This document shows, in pieces, positions 48,304-58,942 of a stretch of DNA of 64,000 nucleotides. The stretch is from Thermococcus sp. JdFR-02. GTDB taxonomy: Archaea; Methanobacteriota_B; Thermococci; Thermococcales; Thermococcaceae. Where the stretch lies: positions 32,001 to 96,000 of the forward strand of contig MTLP01000022.1 of assembly GCA_002009975.1 (NCBI GenBank), given 5' to 3'. The notes beneath the pieces are model-generated. The model had not been told where the DNA came from. It saw only the letters and a list, made by a program, of their open reading frames with translations, and did not search any database. A program made the translations under genes and the position numbers. Each line of letters opens with the position of its first letter. Position 1 is the first letter of the stretch.

Positions 48304-49597
48304 ACATCTCCATCATTTCTCCTATCTCCTTTCTCATAAAAAAGATGTAAACTAACAAACCTAAGGAAAGGACAGATTTTGAGACAAAAATAAGCATTTG
48401 TAAAGGTAAGGCATAAAGTAGGGGCTTATAACTCGCCATGGAAACACCAAGATACCTTTTGGCAAAATATATGACTCCAATAAAAATTGCTGAGTAGCCG
48501 AATATTAAACCAAGCATAGCTCCTTGCTCTCCAAACTTTGGAACTAAAAAGCTTAGGAAAAACAGAGAAATCATTGCACCTATAACGGAAATTACAGTTC
48601 CTTTTTTAACGTATTTCGTTGAGTTTAATGCTATTATGCTGGGATTATATGCTATGTAAATCTCCACCGCAATCACTGCTAAATAAAACTCACTTCCAAG
48701 GCTAAAATCGAAAAGAAGTGAAAGAATCTCCCTACCAAATAGAAAAAGAGCAAAAACACAGAAAGCTATTACTAATGAAAGAACCCTTGTAGTATTCTCA
48801 GCTAAGGATGTAACATAATCCATCTCATTTTTACCATATTTATACGAATAGAGGGGCATTATTGCAGATTGAAGAACTTGAGGGAGGTAAGTTAGCAAAA
48901 ATGCTGCTGAAAGAGAAGCCGAAACCTTCCCTGCTATTAGAGAACTTCCAAATTTTTCACTTAAAAAGTAGGGTCCCTGAACCAAAAACACCCCTGCCAA
49001 TGTTCCAAGAAATGCAAAAGCGGAGTAATTTATTAAAAGCCTTAAATCCTCAAATCTTGGCACTCCAAAGAATCTTTCTTTGAAGATATAAACCTTTGAA
49101 AATAGAACTATTGAGAAAAGCATTGCAATATAGGGCAAATATGGATCTTCAAAAGCAAAGCTTGCTAAAAAGATAATAAAACTGAAGATGATAGCATAAG
49201 CATATGCTTCCCCCCTATGAAGCCCATAAACAAAGCTCCTAAAAGTAAGCTGAAATGCTCTTAAAGTTGCTAAAATAGATATGTATACATTGAAAGGGAG
49301 CAAGAGAAGACCTAAAACTGGAAAAGAGAATGAAATTGTTGAAATAGATTTTATTCTCTCAAACTCTCCCCTACCCAAAAATTCGGAGGTATATTTGCCA
49401 AGAGCTATTGCAAAAAAGCTCAGAGGAATTGCAAGTAAAAAGGCTTGGGAAATCAGAGAATTGACACTTCCTAACGTTTCTAATCCAAATTTTCTAGAAA
49501 TCACAACACTATATAAAAATCTGCTTAGCCCAAATAAAGCTAAAGCTACTATACTTGCCAATGAATGCTTCAATATAATCTTTTGCTCATAGCTCAT
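48275..49597 (-). CDS. Polysaccharide flippase-like (MOP superfamily) membrane protein
   Basis: ~12 TM, typical layout. Confidence 0.75.
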   Translation of the reverse strand: MSYEQKIILKHSLASIVALALFGLSRFLYSVVISRKFGLETLGSVNSLISQAFLLAIPLSFFAIALGKYTSEFLGRGEFERIKSISTISFSFPVLGLLLLPFNVYISILATLRAFQLTFRSFVYGLHRGEAYAYAIIFSFIIFLASFAFEDPYLPYIAMLFSIVLFSKVYIFKERFFGVPRFEDLRLLINYSAFAFLGTLAGVFLVQGPYFLSEKFGSSLIAGKVSASLSAAFLLTYLPQVLQSAIMPLYSYKYGKNEMDYVTSLAENTTRVLSLVIAFCVFALFLFGREILSLLFDFSLGSEFYLAVIAVEIYIAYNPSIIALNSTKYVKKGTVISVIGAMISLFFLSFLVPKFGEQGAMLGLIFGYSAIFIGVIYFAKRYLGVSMASYKPLLYALPLQMLIFVSKSVLSLGLLVYIFFMRKEIGEMMEMFKSFRSRGF

Positions 49598-49622
49598 AGA
49601 ATAAAAGAGAAACAAAGTGGAT

Positions 49623-49922
49623 TTAACCTTTATGGAATCCTAGGTAGAAACCAACAACAAATGCTCCTCCACCGGGCAATATGCCTATAACTTTATCGGC
49701 TAATCCTAAGGTTTGTTGAGCTGTGCTCTCCGTTAAATTGAAAAGTTTGTCAGTATTTATCGTTATAACACCCTTCTGCTGAAGCCAGAAGAGACTTAAA
49801 ACATAAGCTCCTATTAGGGCTAAAACTAATTTTATGAACTTTTTTAGAGCGTATCCCGTCATGAATCCTACGACGCCACCAACACCAATATCGCCGACCA
49901 TGTTGTTTATGTCCAACTCCAT
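49623..49922 (-). CDS. FUN14-family membrane protein
   Basis: GG.VGF.TGYALKK; GVI.IN. Confidence 0.88.
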   Translation of the reverse strand: MELDINNMVGDIGVGGVVGFMTGYALKKFIKLVLALIGAYVLSLFWLQQKGVITINTDKLFNLTESTAQQTLGLADKVIGILPGGGAFVVGFYLGFHKG

Positions 49923-50124
49923 ACTGCCTCACCATTAAATCATTCTACTCTTTTCTAATAAATAGTTTTCTTAACACAAAATCGTGCTCAAAGAGGAAAA
50001 AGCACCCTCATTTGATCGAATGGATTTTATCGCTGTAAAATGTTTAAATAGTATAAACGAAAAAGTATTTATAGTCTATGAAAGTTTTCCAGGTATATAG
50101 CATATATCATTATAGGTGATACAC

Positions 50125-50451
50125 ATGGTAAGTCCAATGGAAAGACTTGAGGAAAAAATGACTAAGGAAGTTTTGTGGCTGTACATTTTAAGCTTACTAA
50201 AAGACAGACCAATGTACGCTTATGAGTTAAAGAACAGAATTAAAGAGAGGTTTGGATTTGAACCAGCCACAGTTAGCAGCTATGTTGTTCTCTACAAGCT
50301 TGAAAAAGGCGGATATGTGACATCAAAATGGCATGAAAGTGAAACAGGAAAACCCTCAAGGAAATATTATGAGCTTACAGAAAAAGGTAAAAAACTTTTA
50401 GAAGAAGGAATAAGCTTTATAGAAGACATGCTTCAAAAGTTAAGGGTCTAA
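50125..50451 (+). CDS. PadR-family regulator
   Basis: RPMY.YEL; [10 protein letters not shown]. Confidence 0.9.
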   Translation: MVSPMERLEEKMTKEVLWLYILSLLKDRPMYAYELKNRIKERFGFEPATVSSYVVLYKLEKGGYVTSKWHESETGKPSRKYYELTEKGKKLLEEGISFIEDMLQKLRV

Positions 50452-50606
50452 CGACCGGCTCCTCCTCTTGGTTCTTTTGCCTTTGGTCTTAGTCCTTTGT
50501 ATCCACACTTTCTACACTTGTCAGCTTTCCATGGATTTGTAGCACCGCATCTCATACAGATATATTTTTTAAACAATCTTGCTTCAGCTTCTGGAAACCT
50601 CGCCAT
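50448..50606 (-). CDS. rpl40e: 50S ribosomal protein L40e (not in ORF track)
   Basis: [52 protein letters not shown]. Confidence 0.96.
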   Translation of the reverse strand: MARFPEAEARLFKKYICMRCGATNPWKADKCRKCGYKGLRPKAKEPRGGAGR

Positions 50607-50763
50607 GATAATCCCTCCATGATCTTGAACCTATGCACTTTTTAGTGCGTCTATTTTTAAACTTTACTGAAATTTGATTTTAGAAAGTAGAAATCTTTAT
50701 CATCTCCTTGTTTATCCCTCACCGAAAGGTTTTTAATAGTATTCCTTCATTGTTATCTTGAGC

Positions 50764-50851
50764 GCGGGGGTGCCCGAGCCTGGCCAAAGGGGACGGACTT
50801 AAGATCCGTTGCCGGAGGGCTGCGCGGGTTCAAATCCCGTCCCCCGCACCA
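50764..50851 (+). tRNA. tRNA-Leu(TAA)
   Basis: ACGGA-CT-TAA-GA-TCCGT, long variable arm, CCA. Confidence 0.96.
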
Positions 50852-50935
50852 ACAATTCTAAAAGTTTTGTTAAAGCATCTAGCTTTCTAAACAAAACAAC
50901 ATAGATTCACTAAAATGTAAAAACCAAAAAGGACA

Positions 50936-51769
50936 CTAAAGCCTTCTCAAGCTTGGAAACCAATACTTTTTACGCTTCTTTTCTTTCTCTTCGTCCCACT
51001 CATGAAGGATTTTAACAGCTTCGTTTGCCACCATTGCCGCTTCCTTTTCTCCCATTTTTCCAAATTCATTTGTTATCCTATTAGCAAAAACGGCACAAAC
51101 ACATCCAGCTCTTAACCCATAGATATTCGCTAGAGTAAATAGCGTTGCCGCTTCCATTTCAAAGTTTGTAACCTTAGCTTGCCTTAGATCATCAATTAAA
51201 TGTTTCGCAAAGCTTGGGAAATAACCGTTTAATCCTGGTCTCGCCTGACCTACATAAAAGCTATCTGTTGATGCAGTGATTCCAACATGATAACGAACTC
51301 CCAAAGCTTCTGCTGCTTCAATTAAAGCTAAAGTCACTTCATAATCTGCACTTGCAGGATATTCAACCCTTACATATTGTTTTGATGTTCCTTCTAATCT
51401 AACAGCAGCTTTTGCAATAATTAAATCTCCGATCTCTATACCGGGTTGAATTGCACCCGTTGAGCCAACTCTAATAAAAGTATCAGCTCCAATGGCAGCT
51501 AACTCTTCAATCGCTATTGCTGTTGAAGGTGCCCCAATTCCAGTTGAAGTACAGCTTATTGGAACTCCTTTATACTTGCCTGTGTGAGTTTTATATTCCC
51601 TATGAAAAGCTATTTCCTTAATTTCATCCCAAAGAGAGCTTATCTTTGGAACTCTCTCTGGATCACCTGGTAAAAGAACATAGCGAGCAACATCACCGGG
51701 CTTACAAGCTATATGATACTGGTACCCTTCTTTAGTTTGCGGTCTATCAGCAGGCATGAACTTTTTCAT
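50936..51769 (-). CDS. udp: Uridine phosphorylase
   Basis: LLPGDPER, STGIG.PS, RVGSTG, NFEME. Confidence 0.9.
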   Translation of the reverse strand: MKKFMPADRPQTKEGYQYHIACKPGDVARYVLLPGDPERVPKISSLWDEIKEIAFHREYKTHTGKYKGVPISCTSTGIGAPSTAIAIEELAAIGADTFIRVGSTGAIQPGIEIGDLIIAKAAVRLEGTSKQYVRVEYPASADYEVTLALIEAAEALGVRYHVGITASTDSFYVGQARPGLNGYFPSFAKHLIDDLRQAKVTNFEMEAATLFTLANIYGLRAGCVCAVFANRITNEFGKMGEKEAAMVANEAVKILHEWDEEKEKKRKKYWFPSLRRL

Positions 51770-51877
51770 TATTCCACCTCCTCAAGAGATTTTCCTGTAT
51801 AAAACTTTATCAAAGAGAATAAAAGTCTTTTCTAAGAAAATGGGGTGCAACATTATAAGAAAAGATTTGATAAAAGA

Positions 51878-51952
51878 TGGAGCCGGGAGGGGGATTTGAA
51901 CCCCCGTATAGCGGATCTGCAGTCCGCCGCCTCACCTCTAGGCTATCCCGGC
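51878..51952 (-). tRNA. tRNA-Cys(GCA)
   Basis: GCGGA-CT-GCA-GA-TCCGC on minus strand, CCA. Confidence 0.95.
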
Positions 51953-51971
51953 AGTAACCCCAAAGAATTTC

Positions 51972-52058
51972 TGGCGCCGCGGAGGGGATTTGAACCCCTG
52001 TGGGACAACGCCCACCGGCTTAGCAGGCCGGCGCCCTACCAGGCTAGGCTACCGCGGC
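51972..52058 (-). tRNA. tRNA-Ser(GCT)
   Basis: CCGGC-CT-GCT-AA-GCCGG, long variable arm, CCA. Confidence 0.95.
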
Positions 52059-52156
52059 ATCCTTCATTTCATTGAAAAGCCGAGTTGGGTATTTAAGCTT
52101 TTCGTAGAAGGCAATTTTAAGGAAGGTATAAATACTCTTTATCCTTAATAACAACC

Positions 52157-53401
52157 ATGAAGCTTTTTGATTCGAAACTATGTGCAATCTGTAAAGGAAG
52201 AAAGCTCTTATGTGGTAGACCTACCTGTCCAATTCTTGAGCGCTTTAGGGTAGTTAGGAGTGTTGAGAAGATTGTAAACAAGAGAGAAATCTTTGGTTCT
52301 TCTCCTCCAAGCATTTTTGTCGGTGAGTTTGGATATCCAAAAGTTAGAATTGGCCCTTTAGTTCCTCCAATTGAAGGAGATACATCTTATCTTGATAATC
52401 CTTTGAAATGGGAAAAGGCTCAAATCGGGGATATCTTGAAGTATCGCTCTCTTTTAGTCATGGGAGAGACAAAAGCAGATATAAATGTTAGGAAAAGCCA
52501 AAGAATTTTAGGTGAAATCCAAGAGCTGGCAATGTCAATTAAACCCGTTGATAGCGAGATTTTACTTAAGAGAAAGCCAATTTTAAAAGTCCTACCCTCT
52601 GAATTTGCTCCCCCCATAGGGCCAAAAGCTGAACTTTTAGCGTTTGAATTAACTGAAAATCCCAAAATTCCAAGGAAAAGCGATTATGTTGTTAGCGATG
52701 AGCTAAAAGCCGAAAAGGCAATAATGACCCTTTACAACTCAGGCTTTGATGAATACTACATAATTAGACTTTTATCTGCTGGACTTTTGGGAATAAATAA
52801 AAAGCTCGTTCCAACAAGATGGAGCATAACTGCTGTTCAAGACACGATTGGAAGGCATTTAAAAAGAGAGATTCTCCACTATGACACAATTAATGATTTT
52901 GAGCTTTACTTTTACGAATTCTTAGGAAATAGATATGCCGTCTTGCTGATGCCTGAAAGCTATTCCTTTGAACTTTTGGAAGTTTGGCTCAAAGGATCTC
53001 TCTTTGGTGCTGAAGAGCCAGAAGTAATTCACGATTGGGAAGATTGGCGCGGTATTAAAGGATATGCCAATCAAACCCTTGGTGCTTACTATGCAGCTCG
53101 CTTAAGCGTTTTAGAGCATTTGAGGAAGAGACGGAGGCAAGCGAAGATTTTAGTATTTAGAGAGGTTACTCCAAAGTACTATGCTCCAGTTGGAGTTTGG
53201 CAAATCCGCTTAGGAGTTAAGAAAGCTTTTGAAAACCCAATTGGAAAGTTTAACACACTTGAAGAAGCTTTAAATGGAGTAAGAAAGCTCTTAGAACTTC
53301 CGCTTGAAAAGTATCTAATAAAAAGCACCGTTCTAAAAGTTAGAGAGAAGCAGAAAACTTTGGATGGCTATCTCAAAAAGTTTTTCAACAAGAGCGTATA
53401 G
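52157..53401 (+). CDS. nreA: Nre-family PCNA-associated DNA repair protein
   Basis: C..CKG..LCG..CP, GSSPPS.FVG, LVPTRWSITA, PVGVWQIR, PIP box QKTLDGYL. Confidence 0.9.
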   Translation: MKLFDSKLCAICKGRKLLCGRPTCPILERFRVVRSVEKIVNKREIFGSSPPSIFVGEFGYPKVRIGPLVPPIEGDTSYLDNPLKWEKAQIGDILKYRSLLVMGETKADINVRKSQRILGEIQELAMSIKPVDSEILLKRKPILKVLPSEFAPPIGPKAELLAFELTENPKIPRKSDYVVSDELKAEKAIMTLYNSGFDEYYIIRLLSAGLLGINKKLVPTRWSITAVQDTIGRHLKREILHYDTINDFELYFYEFLGNRYAVLLMPESYSFELLEVWLKGSLFGAEEPEVIHDWEDWRGIKGYANQTLGAYYAARLSVLEHLRKRRRQAKILVFREVTPKYYAPVGVWQIRLGVKKAFENPIGKFNTLEEALNGVRKLLELPLEKYLIKSTVLKVREKQKTLDGYLKKFFNKSV

Positions 53402-53407
53402 GAAGTT

Positions 53408-53462
53408 TGAATGATGAAGTTCGCTAGGTCTGAATGGTGATGACTGCACGTCAGGCTGACTT
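53408..53462 (+). ncRNA. Box C/D methylation-guide sRNA
   Basis: C ATGATGA 53411-17, D' CTGA 53430-33, C' GTGATGA 53437-43, D CTGA 53456-59; two 12-nt guides. Confidence 0.9.
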
Positions 53463-53475
53463 AAGTGGTGGTGTC

Positions 53476-54597
53476 ATGAAATTAGCATTAATAAGCCTCG
53501 ATGGAAATGGAGTTTACAACTTAAAACATATGCCTTTCCTTCAAAGCTTAGCTAAGGAGGGTCTCTTTGGGATAGTTGATTCCATTTTCCCAACCCTTAC
53601 AGATTTAGTCCACACAAGCGTAATGACAGGCGTTTATCCAAACGTTCACGGAATTGTAGAAAATGGCTATTATGATAGACTGACTGACCAAAAAATAAAT
53701 TTCTATGACTATGAAGTTGCATTCAATCCCCACAAGGTCATAAAGGCTAAAACAATAATCGATATCTTGCGTGAAAAAGGGATTAGAAGTGCAAGTGTTA
53801 GCGGTTATACAATGCCTCCATTTAGTGGAACCAATGTTAGAATTTTTCCTCCCTTTTTTAGCGATGATAAGCTTTACAAAAAGCATGGAAGAGACTGGAG
53901 GAAAGACGTTTGGGTTGCTCAGTCTGCTCTATATCTTTATGAGGAATGTAAGCCAGATTTGCTCTTGGTTCATTTTTGCTCAATAGATGGGATGCAACAT
54001 GACTATGGCGTTGAAAGCGAAGAAACTTTAAAAGCTGTAAAAACAGTCGATGAAATGCTCAAGCTCTTGTGGAAAAGGCTTAAGGACGAGTATAAGTTCA
54101 TAATTTTCGCCGATCATGGGCAGGAAAATGTTCACACTTGGGTCAACTTAAGAGTTTATCTCAAAAAACATGGCATTGAGACGCTTAGAGTGTCATCGGG
54201 TGGAGGAGTTCACGTCTATTTGAAAGATCCAAACCAAGCTGAAGAAGCTTATTTAGTTTTGAAAAAAGCTCCCGGAGTTAAGCAGGTTTTCTTTAGAGAG
54301 GATTTACCCTACTTAAACACTCCCAACAGCGGCGAGCTAATAGTAGCAGCTAAAGAAGGCTACTGGTTCTGCTCATTCTGTAAGGGTAAAAGCGGAGTAA
54401 GTTATTGGACTAGAGGAATGCACGGCTCAATAAACGAAAGCGTCATGAAAGTTCCCTTAATTCTTTGGGGTTTTGGGAAAGGAAGATTAAAAGCATCACT
54501 TTTGGATATAGCTCCAACAGTTTTAGACCTCTTCGGGATTGAAAAGCCAAAAGAGATGGTTGGGAAGAGTTTAATTAACAATAACTTAAAGCTCTAA
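53476..54597 (+). CDS. Alkaline phosphatase superfamily (nucleotide pyrophosphatase/phosphodiesterase) protein
   Basis: ISLDG, SIFPTLT, HGIV.N, D..QH, ADHG, GMHG. Confidence 0.88.
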   Translation: MKLALISLDGNGVYNLKHMPFLQSLAKEGLFGIVDSIFPTLTDLVHTSVMTGVYPNVHGIVENGYYDRLTDQKINFYDYEVAFNPHKVIKAKTIIDILREKGIRSASVSGYTMPPFSGTNVRIFPPFFSDDKLYKKHGRDWRKDVWVAQSALYLYEECKPDLLLVHFCSIDGMQHDYGVESEETLKAVKTVDEMLKLLWKRLKDEYKFIIFADHGQENVHTWVNLRVYLKKHGIETLRVSSGGGVHVYLKDPNQAEEAYLVLKKAPGVKQVFFREDLPYLNTPNSGELIVAAKEGYWFCSFCKGKSGVSYWTRGMHGSINESVMKVPLILWGFGKGRLKASLLDIAPTVLDLFGIEKPKEMVGKSLINNNLKL

Positions 54598-55371
54598 AAT
54601 GTTCTTTAGAGCATCAAAATCAACCCTTGCAGTCATGTCAATACTTATTGGAGTTAAGCTAACTTTTCTTTCAATTTTAATCGCATACATATCAGTTCCA
54701 GGCTCAAGAACCTCTTTAGGACATTGAGTTCCAACAATCCAATAGTAGGGAGTCCCTTTTGGGTCAATCCTTTCTTCCACTGATGGATTGTACATCCTTC
54801 TTGCCAAGCGAGTGATTTCTATTGGGGTTTCTTTTGTAGCATCACTTGGAACATTGAGGTTTAGCATATCTACTCCTGCAGGCAAGCCATTTTTAAGAAC
54901 CGCGCTAGCTATTTTTCTCAAAAAGTATTTTGCAACACTGAAATCAATTTCTTCTCCACTTCCAAATTTGTGCTTCTCCCTATTAACTTCCAAACTTATT
55001 GCAATGCTTGGAATTTTATGAGTTGCCGCTTCAATTGCAGCACTTGCAGTTCCTGAGACAGTTATCTCTGTGCTTAAGTTTTCCCCAAGATTGATCCCGC
55101 TTATTGCCAAATCAAAGCTTTCAAAACGAGCTAAGGCAAAGATAATACAATCAACGGGCATTCCATCTAAAGCGTAAGCACCTTTTGTTCCTTCAATATT
55201 AACACGCTTTGCCCTTAAAGGTTTGTGTAAAGTCATTGCCCTTCCGCTTGCACTTCTTTGAAACATAGGTGCAATTACATAAATATCACCTAAACCTTGA
55301 AGAGCTTCTACAGCCGCTTTAATCCCCCTTGAGTAGATTCCATCATCATTCGTTATGAGTATCTTTGGCAT
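54586..55371 (-). CDS. surE: 5'/3'-nucleotidase SurE
   Basis: ILITNDDG, SGIN.G.N, SGT. Confidence 0.95.
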   Translation of the reverse strand: MPKILITNDDGIYSRGIKAAVEALQGLGDIYVIAPMFQRSASGRAMTLHKPLRAKRVNIEGTKGAYALDGMPVDCIIFALARFESFDLAISGINLGENLSTEITVSGTASAAIEAATHKIPSIAISLEVNREKHKFGSGEEIDFSVAKYFLRKIASAVLKNGLPAGVDMLNLNVPSDATKETPIEITRLARRMYNPSVEERIDPKGTPYYWIVGTQCPKEVLEPGTDMYAIKIERKVSLTPISIDMTARVDFDALKNILEL

Positions 55372-55464
55372 GATATAGCATTTTGCTGAAAGGTTAATAA
55401 AGTTTAGGCAACTTTAAAAAGCAAAATATTCAATCCAAAATAGACCACAATTGAGGTGATAACT

Positions 55465-56433
55465 TTGAGTTATTGGATTAGCGAAGACAACGTTGCAGGA
55501 AAAAAAGGAATTACGCTCTACATAATATTGCCTACAATTGGCTGCTATCGTTATAGAATTGGTAAAGCTTGTTATATGTGTGCCTACCCTGCTTCAGCTC
55601 CTAAGCAACCCTGGGAGCAAGGGAGATTTGTCGATTATGTTAAAGAAGCGTTAGAAAAGATTAAAAACAAAAACAGAGTTGCTGTTAAAATTTTTACCTC
55701 TGGAAGCTTTTTAGATGATGCTGAAGTAAGACCTGAGATAAGGAGGCAAATTTTTGAGTTAATTGCTCCATTGGAAAATGTTAAAGAAGTTGTTGTTGAA
55801 AGCAGAGCTGAATTGGTGAGACTTGATGACGTTAGAGAGCTAAGTGAGATTGTGAAAGACAAATATTTTGAGATAGGTATTGGATTAGAAACTCAAAATG
55901 ATGCTTTGCGAGACGTTGCGATAAACAAAGGAAATACCTTTGAAGAGTTCATTAAGGCAAGTGAAATTATCCACAAAGCAAATGCCCACGTTAAAGCTTA
56001 TCTCCTTTTAAAAAGCGCCTTTTTAAGTGAGAGAGAAGCAATTGAAGATGCTAAAGCAAGTATAGAGAAGATAATTCCCTATGTTGATAGCATATCCCTA
56101 AACCTAACCAACATTCAAAAGGGAACCATTGTTGAAAGGCTCTGGGAAAGGAAAGAATACCGCTCTCCTTGGCTTTGGAGTGCAGTTGAAGTTTTGAAAT
56201 GGGCAAAAGAAAAGTTTCCGGAGAAGAGAATTCTTTGCGATCCGGTAGGTGCTGGTTCCCAAAGAGGTCCGCATAACTGTGGAAAATGCGACAAAAAGGT
56301 TGCCAATGCGATTAGAGAATTCTCAAACACGCAAGAACTTAAATATTTAGAAAATCTTGACTATGAGTGTCAAAAGGAATGGAAATACATCGTAGAGCAG
56401 GGTTTAATGGATTGGCAGTTAATAACTTGGTAG
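55465..56433 (+). CDS. Archaeosine biosynthesis radical SAM protein RaSEA
   Basis: GC......C..C, KIFTSGSF.D, IGLET, GPHNC..CD. Confidence 0.88.
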   Translation: MSYWISEDNVAGKKGITLYIILPTIGCYRYRIGKACYMCAYPASAPKQPWEQGRFVDYVKEALEKIKNKNRVAVKIFTSGSFLDDAEVRPEIRRQIFELIAPLENVKEVVVESRAELVRLDDVRELSEIVKDKYFEIGIGLETQNDALRDVAINKGNTFEEFIKASEIIHKANAHVKAYLLLKSAFLSEREAIEDAKASIEKIIPYVDSISLNLTNIQKGTIVERLWERKEYRSPWLWSAVEVLKWAKEKFPEKRILCDPVGAGSQRGPHNCGKCDKKVANAIREFSNTQELKYLENLDYECQKEWKYIVEQGLMDWQLITW

Positions 56434-56638
56434 CTTTACATTTATCAATTTTATTGCTACAAAATATATGAAAAGATGTTCATTCTCTTTTCATACAGCT
56501 TAAGAGAAGGAAGCATAAAGCTTCAAATTCTTTGTAAAGGCTTAGATAAATAAAATTTTTCCTGAATGACCATTTAAGGGCAGAACCGAAACATTTAAAT
56601 CATTTACAAACGTAAAAGCGAACGATGGGGTGAATATT

Positions 56639-56890
56639 ATGGCGGAAGTTGATGAGAGTAATGTGATTGTAATTGGGAAAACTCAAAACGTCGAAATAAG
56701 CGTCGATAAGACCCTCTGCAAAGGCTGTGGAATTTGTTTAGAACTTTGCCCGAGAAAAGTTTTCCATTGGAGCAAAGAGCTAAGTGAAAAGGGTGTTCAT
56801 TACCCGATTCCGCTTGATGCTGAAAAGTGCGTAAAGTGTAAGCTTTGTGAACTTCTATGCCCAGACTTTGCAATAGCTGTTATCTGGTGA
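56639..56890 (+). CDS. korD: 2-oxoacid:ferredoxin oxidoreductase delta subunit
   Basis: Two CxxCxxCxxxCP motifs. Confidence 0.88.
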   Translation: MAEVDESNVIVIGKTQNVEISVDKTLCKGCGICLELCPRKVFHWSKELSEKGVHYPIPLDAEKCVKCKLCELLCPDFAIAVIW

Positions 56891-56895
56891 GAGCT

Positions 56896-58083
56896 ATGAT
56901 AATCAAAGGTGATGAGGTAGAAACGAAGAAGATTCTAAGAAAGCTTTATCCCAAAGGCAACTATTTTATGCAGGGTGATGAAGCAATTGCTTATGGTGCC
57001 ATTTTTGCTGGTTGTCGTTTTTATGCAGGTTACCCAATTACACCCGCTAGTGAAATAGCGGAAACAATGGCAAGAGAATTACCAAAAGTTAGGGGTTATT
57101 ACATCCAAATGGAGGATGAGATTGGAAGTATTGCCGCAATAATTGGAGCCTCTTGGACTGGTTTAAAATCTATGACAGCAACAGCTGGTCCCGGCTTTTC
57201 TTTAATGCAAGAGAATTTGGGTTATGCTATAATGACTGAAACACCTATTGTGATTGTTGACGTCCAGAGGAGCGGACCATCAACAGGTCAAGCTACCAAA
57301 GGTGCTCAAGGAGATTTCTTCCAAGCACGATGGGGAACTCATGGAGATCATCCGATGATCGCTATTTCTCCGATAAGTGTTGAAGACTCTTTTTGGGAAA
57401 CTATTAGAGCTTTTAACATAAGTGAAAAGCTTAGAACTCCCGTAATCCTCCTGACAGATGGTGTTATTGGTCACACAAGAGAGCAAATTAGAATCCCAGA
57501 CCCAGAAGAAGTTGAAATTCTTTATCGTAAGTTGCCTCAAAGTGATGAAGAGGCTAAATTCCCATTTGGCGACATTCACGGCGATCTAATCCCCCCAATG
57601 CCTCTATTTGGTAAGGGTTATTACACCCACGTTACAGGTTCAACACATAAGGAGAGCGGTTTAAGAGATGTTTACACTCCAGAAGTTCATGACAAGCTTG
57701 TGAGGAGAATTCACAAGAAGATTGAAGCTCATAAGGATGAAATTCAAAAGTGGGAAGAGTACTATACAGATGATGCGGAGATTTTAGTTATAAGCTGGGG
57801 AGTGAGTGCAAGACCTTCTTTAGGCGCAGTTCTAAAGGCTAGAGAAGAAGGAATAAAAGTTGGATTAATGGTTATTAAAACAGTTCACCCATTCCCAGGC
57901 GAGAGGGTTAAAGAGTTAAGCAAAAAGGTTAGAGCGATTTTAGTGCCAGAGATGAACTTGGGGCAGCTGATTCTTGAGGTTCAAAGATTTGTAAATGATG
58001 ACGTCATTTTGAAAGGTGTGAACAAGATAGGTGGAGTTCCCTTGACAGTTGAAGAAATTTTGAGAGAGATTAGAGGTGTTTAA
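56896..58083 (+). CDS. korA: 2-oxoacid:ferredoxin oxidoreductase alpha subunit 1
   Basis: YAGYPITP, QMEDEI, EMNLGQ. Confidence 0.9.
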   Translation: MIIKGDEVETKKILRKLYPKGNYFMQGDEAIAYGAIFAGCRFYAGYPITPASEIAETMARELPKVRGYYIQMEDEIGSIAAIIGASWTGLKSMTATAGPGFSLMQENLGYAIMTETPIVIVDVQRSGPSTGQATKGAQGDFFQARWGTHGDHPMIAISPISVEDSFWETIRAFNISEKLRTPVILLTDGVIGHTREQIRIPDPEEVEILYRKLPQSDEEAKFPFGDIHGDLIPPMPLFGKGYYTHVTGSTHKESGLRDVYTPEVHDKLVRRIHKKIEAHKDEIQKWEEYYTDDAEILVISWGVSARPSLGAVLKAREEGIKVGLMVIKTVHPFPGERVKELSKKVRAILVPEMNLGQLILEVQRFVNDDVILKGVNKIGGVPLTVEEILREIRGV

Positions 58084-58084
58084 G

Positions 58085-58942
58085 ATGGCTAAGCAAATTT
58101 ACACCAAATATAAGATGGCTAAGTACTTGAGGGTTGAAGCTTTGCCAACAGCTTTATGTCCCGGCTGTGGTGGAGGAACTGTTTTAAACGCTTTTGCAAA
58201 TGCTATTGACCAATTAAAGATTGATCCTAAGGATTTGGTTCTCGTAAGCGGTATTGGATGTTCAGCTTGGATTGCATCACCCTATTTCTTAGCCGACACT
58301 TTGCACACTACACATGGAAGGGCTATAGCCTTTGCAACAGGCGTTAAGGTTGGATTACCAGATAAAAAAGTCGTTGTGATTAGTGGAGATGGGGATTTAG
58401 CCGGAATTGGAGGGAATCACCTAATTCATGCGGCAAGGCGAAATATAGATATGACGGTCATCTTGGTTAACAACTTCATCTATGGAATGACAGGTGGACA
58501 AGTCGCTCCAACAACACCTTTTGGAGCCAAAACAACCACAACACCCTATAGAAACATAGAACACCCCATAGACATTGCCGAAACTATTGCAACTGCCGGT
58601 GCTTCTTATGTGGCAAGATGGACGACTGCTCATGTTTACCAACTCATAGACAGTATAAAGAAGGCTTTAACAACTAAGGGATTTGCATTGGTTGAAGTTA
58701 TTTCCCAATGCCCAGTGCAGTTTGGAAGGAGAAATAGAATGAAGGATCCAGCAGAAATGCTTAGATGGTTCCTAAAGAACAGCATTCCAATAAGCAAAGC
58801 AAAGAAAATGAGTAAAGAAGAGCTTGAAGGAAAGTTTATCGTTGGAGAGTTCATAAAGAGGGAGAGACCAGAGTTCACAGAAGAGCTAAACAAATTGATA
58901 AATGAAGTTTGGGAGCATTTTGGAATAGGTGAGGAGTTATGA
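58085..58942 (+). CDS. korB: 2-oxoacid:ferredoxin oxidoreductase beta subunit 1
   Basis: CPGCG, SGIGC, GDGD TPP motif, YGMTGGQ. Confidence 0.9.
   Translation: MAKQIYTKYKMAKYLRVEALPTALCPGCGGGTVLNAFANAIDQLKIDPKDLVLVSGIGCSAWIASPYFLADTLHTTHGRAIAFATGVKVGLPDKKVVVISGDGDLAGIGGNHLIHAARRNIDMTVILVNNFIYGMTGGQVAPTTPFGAKTTTTPYRNIEHPIDIAETIATAGASYVARWTTAHVYQLIDSIKKALTTKGFALVEVISQCPVQFGRRNRMKDPAEMLRWFLKNSIPISKAKKMSKEELEGKFIVGEFIKRERPEFTEELNKLINEVWEHFGIGEEL

Noticed and set aside
51845-52075. 76-aa ORF with WSREGDLNP and APRRGFEP, resembling integrase att translations
   Set aside because: Antisense of two complete tRNA genes; no integrase nearby
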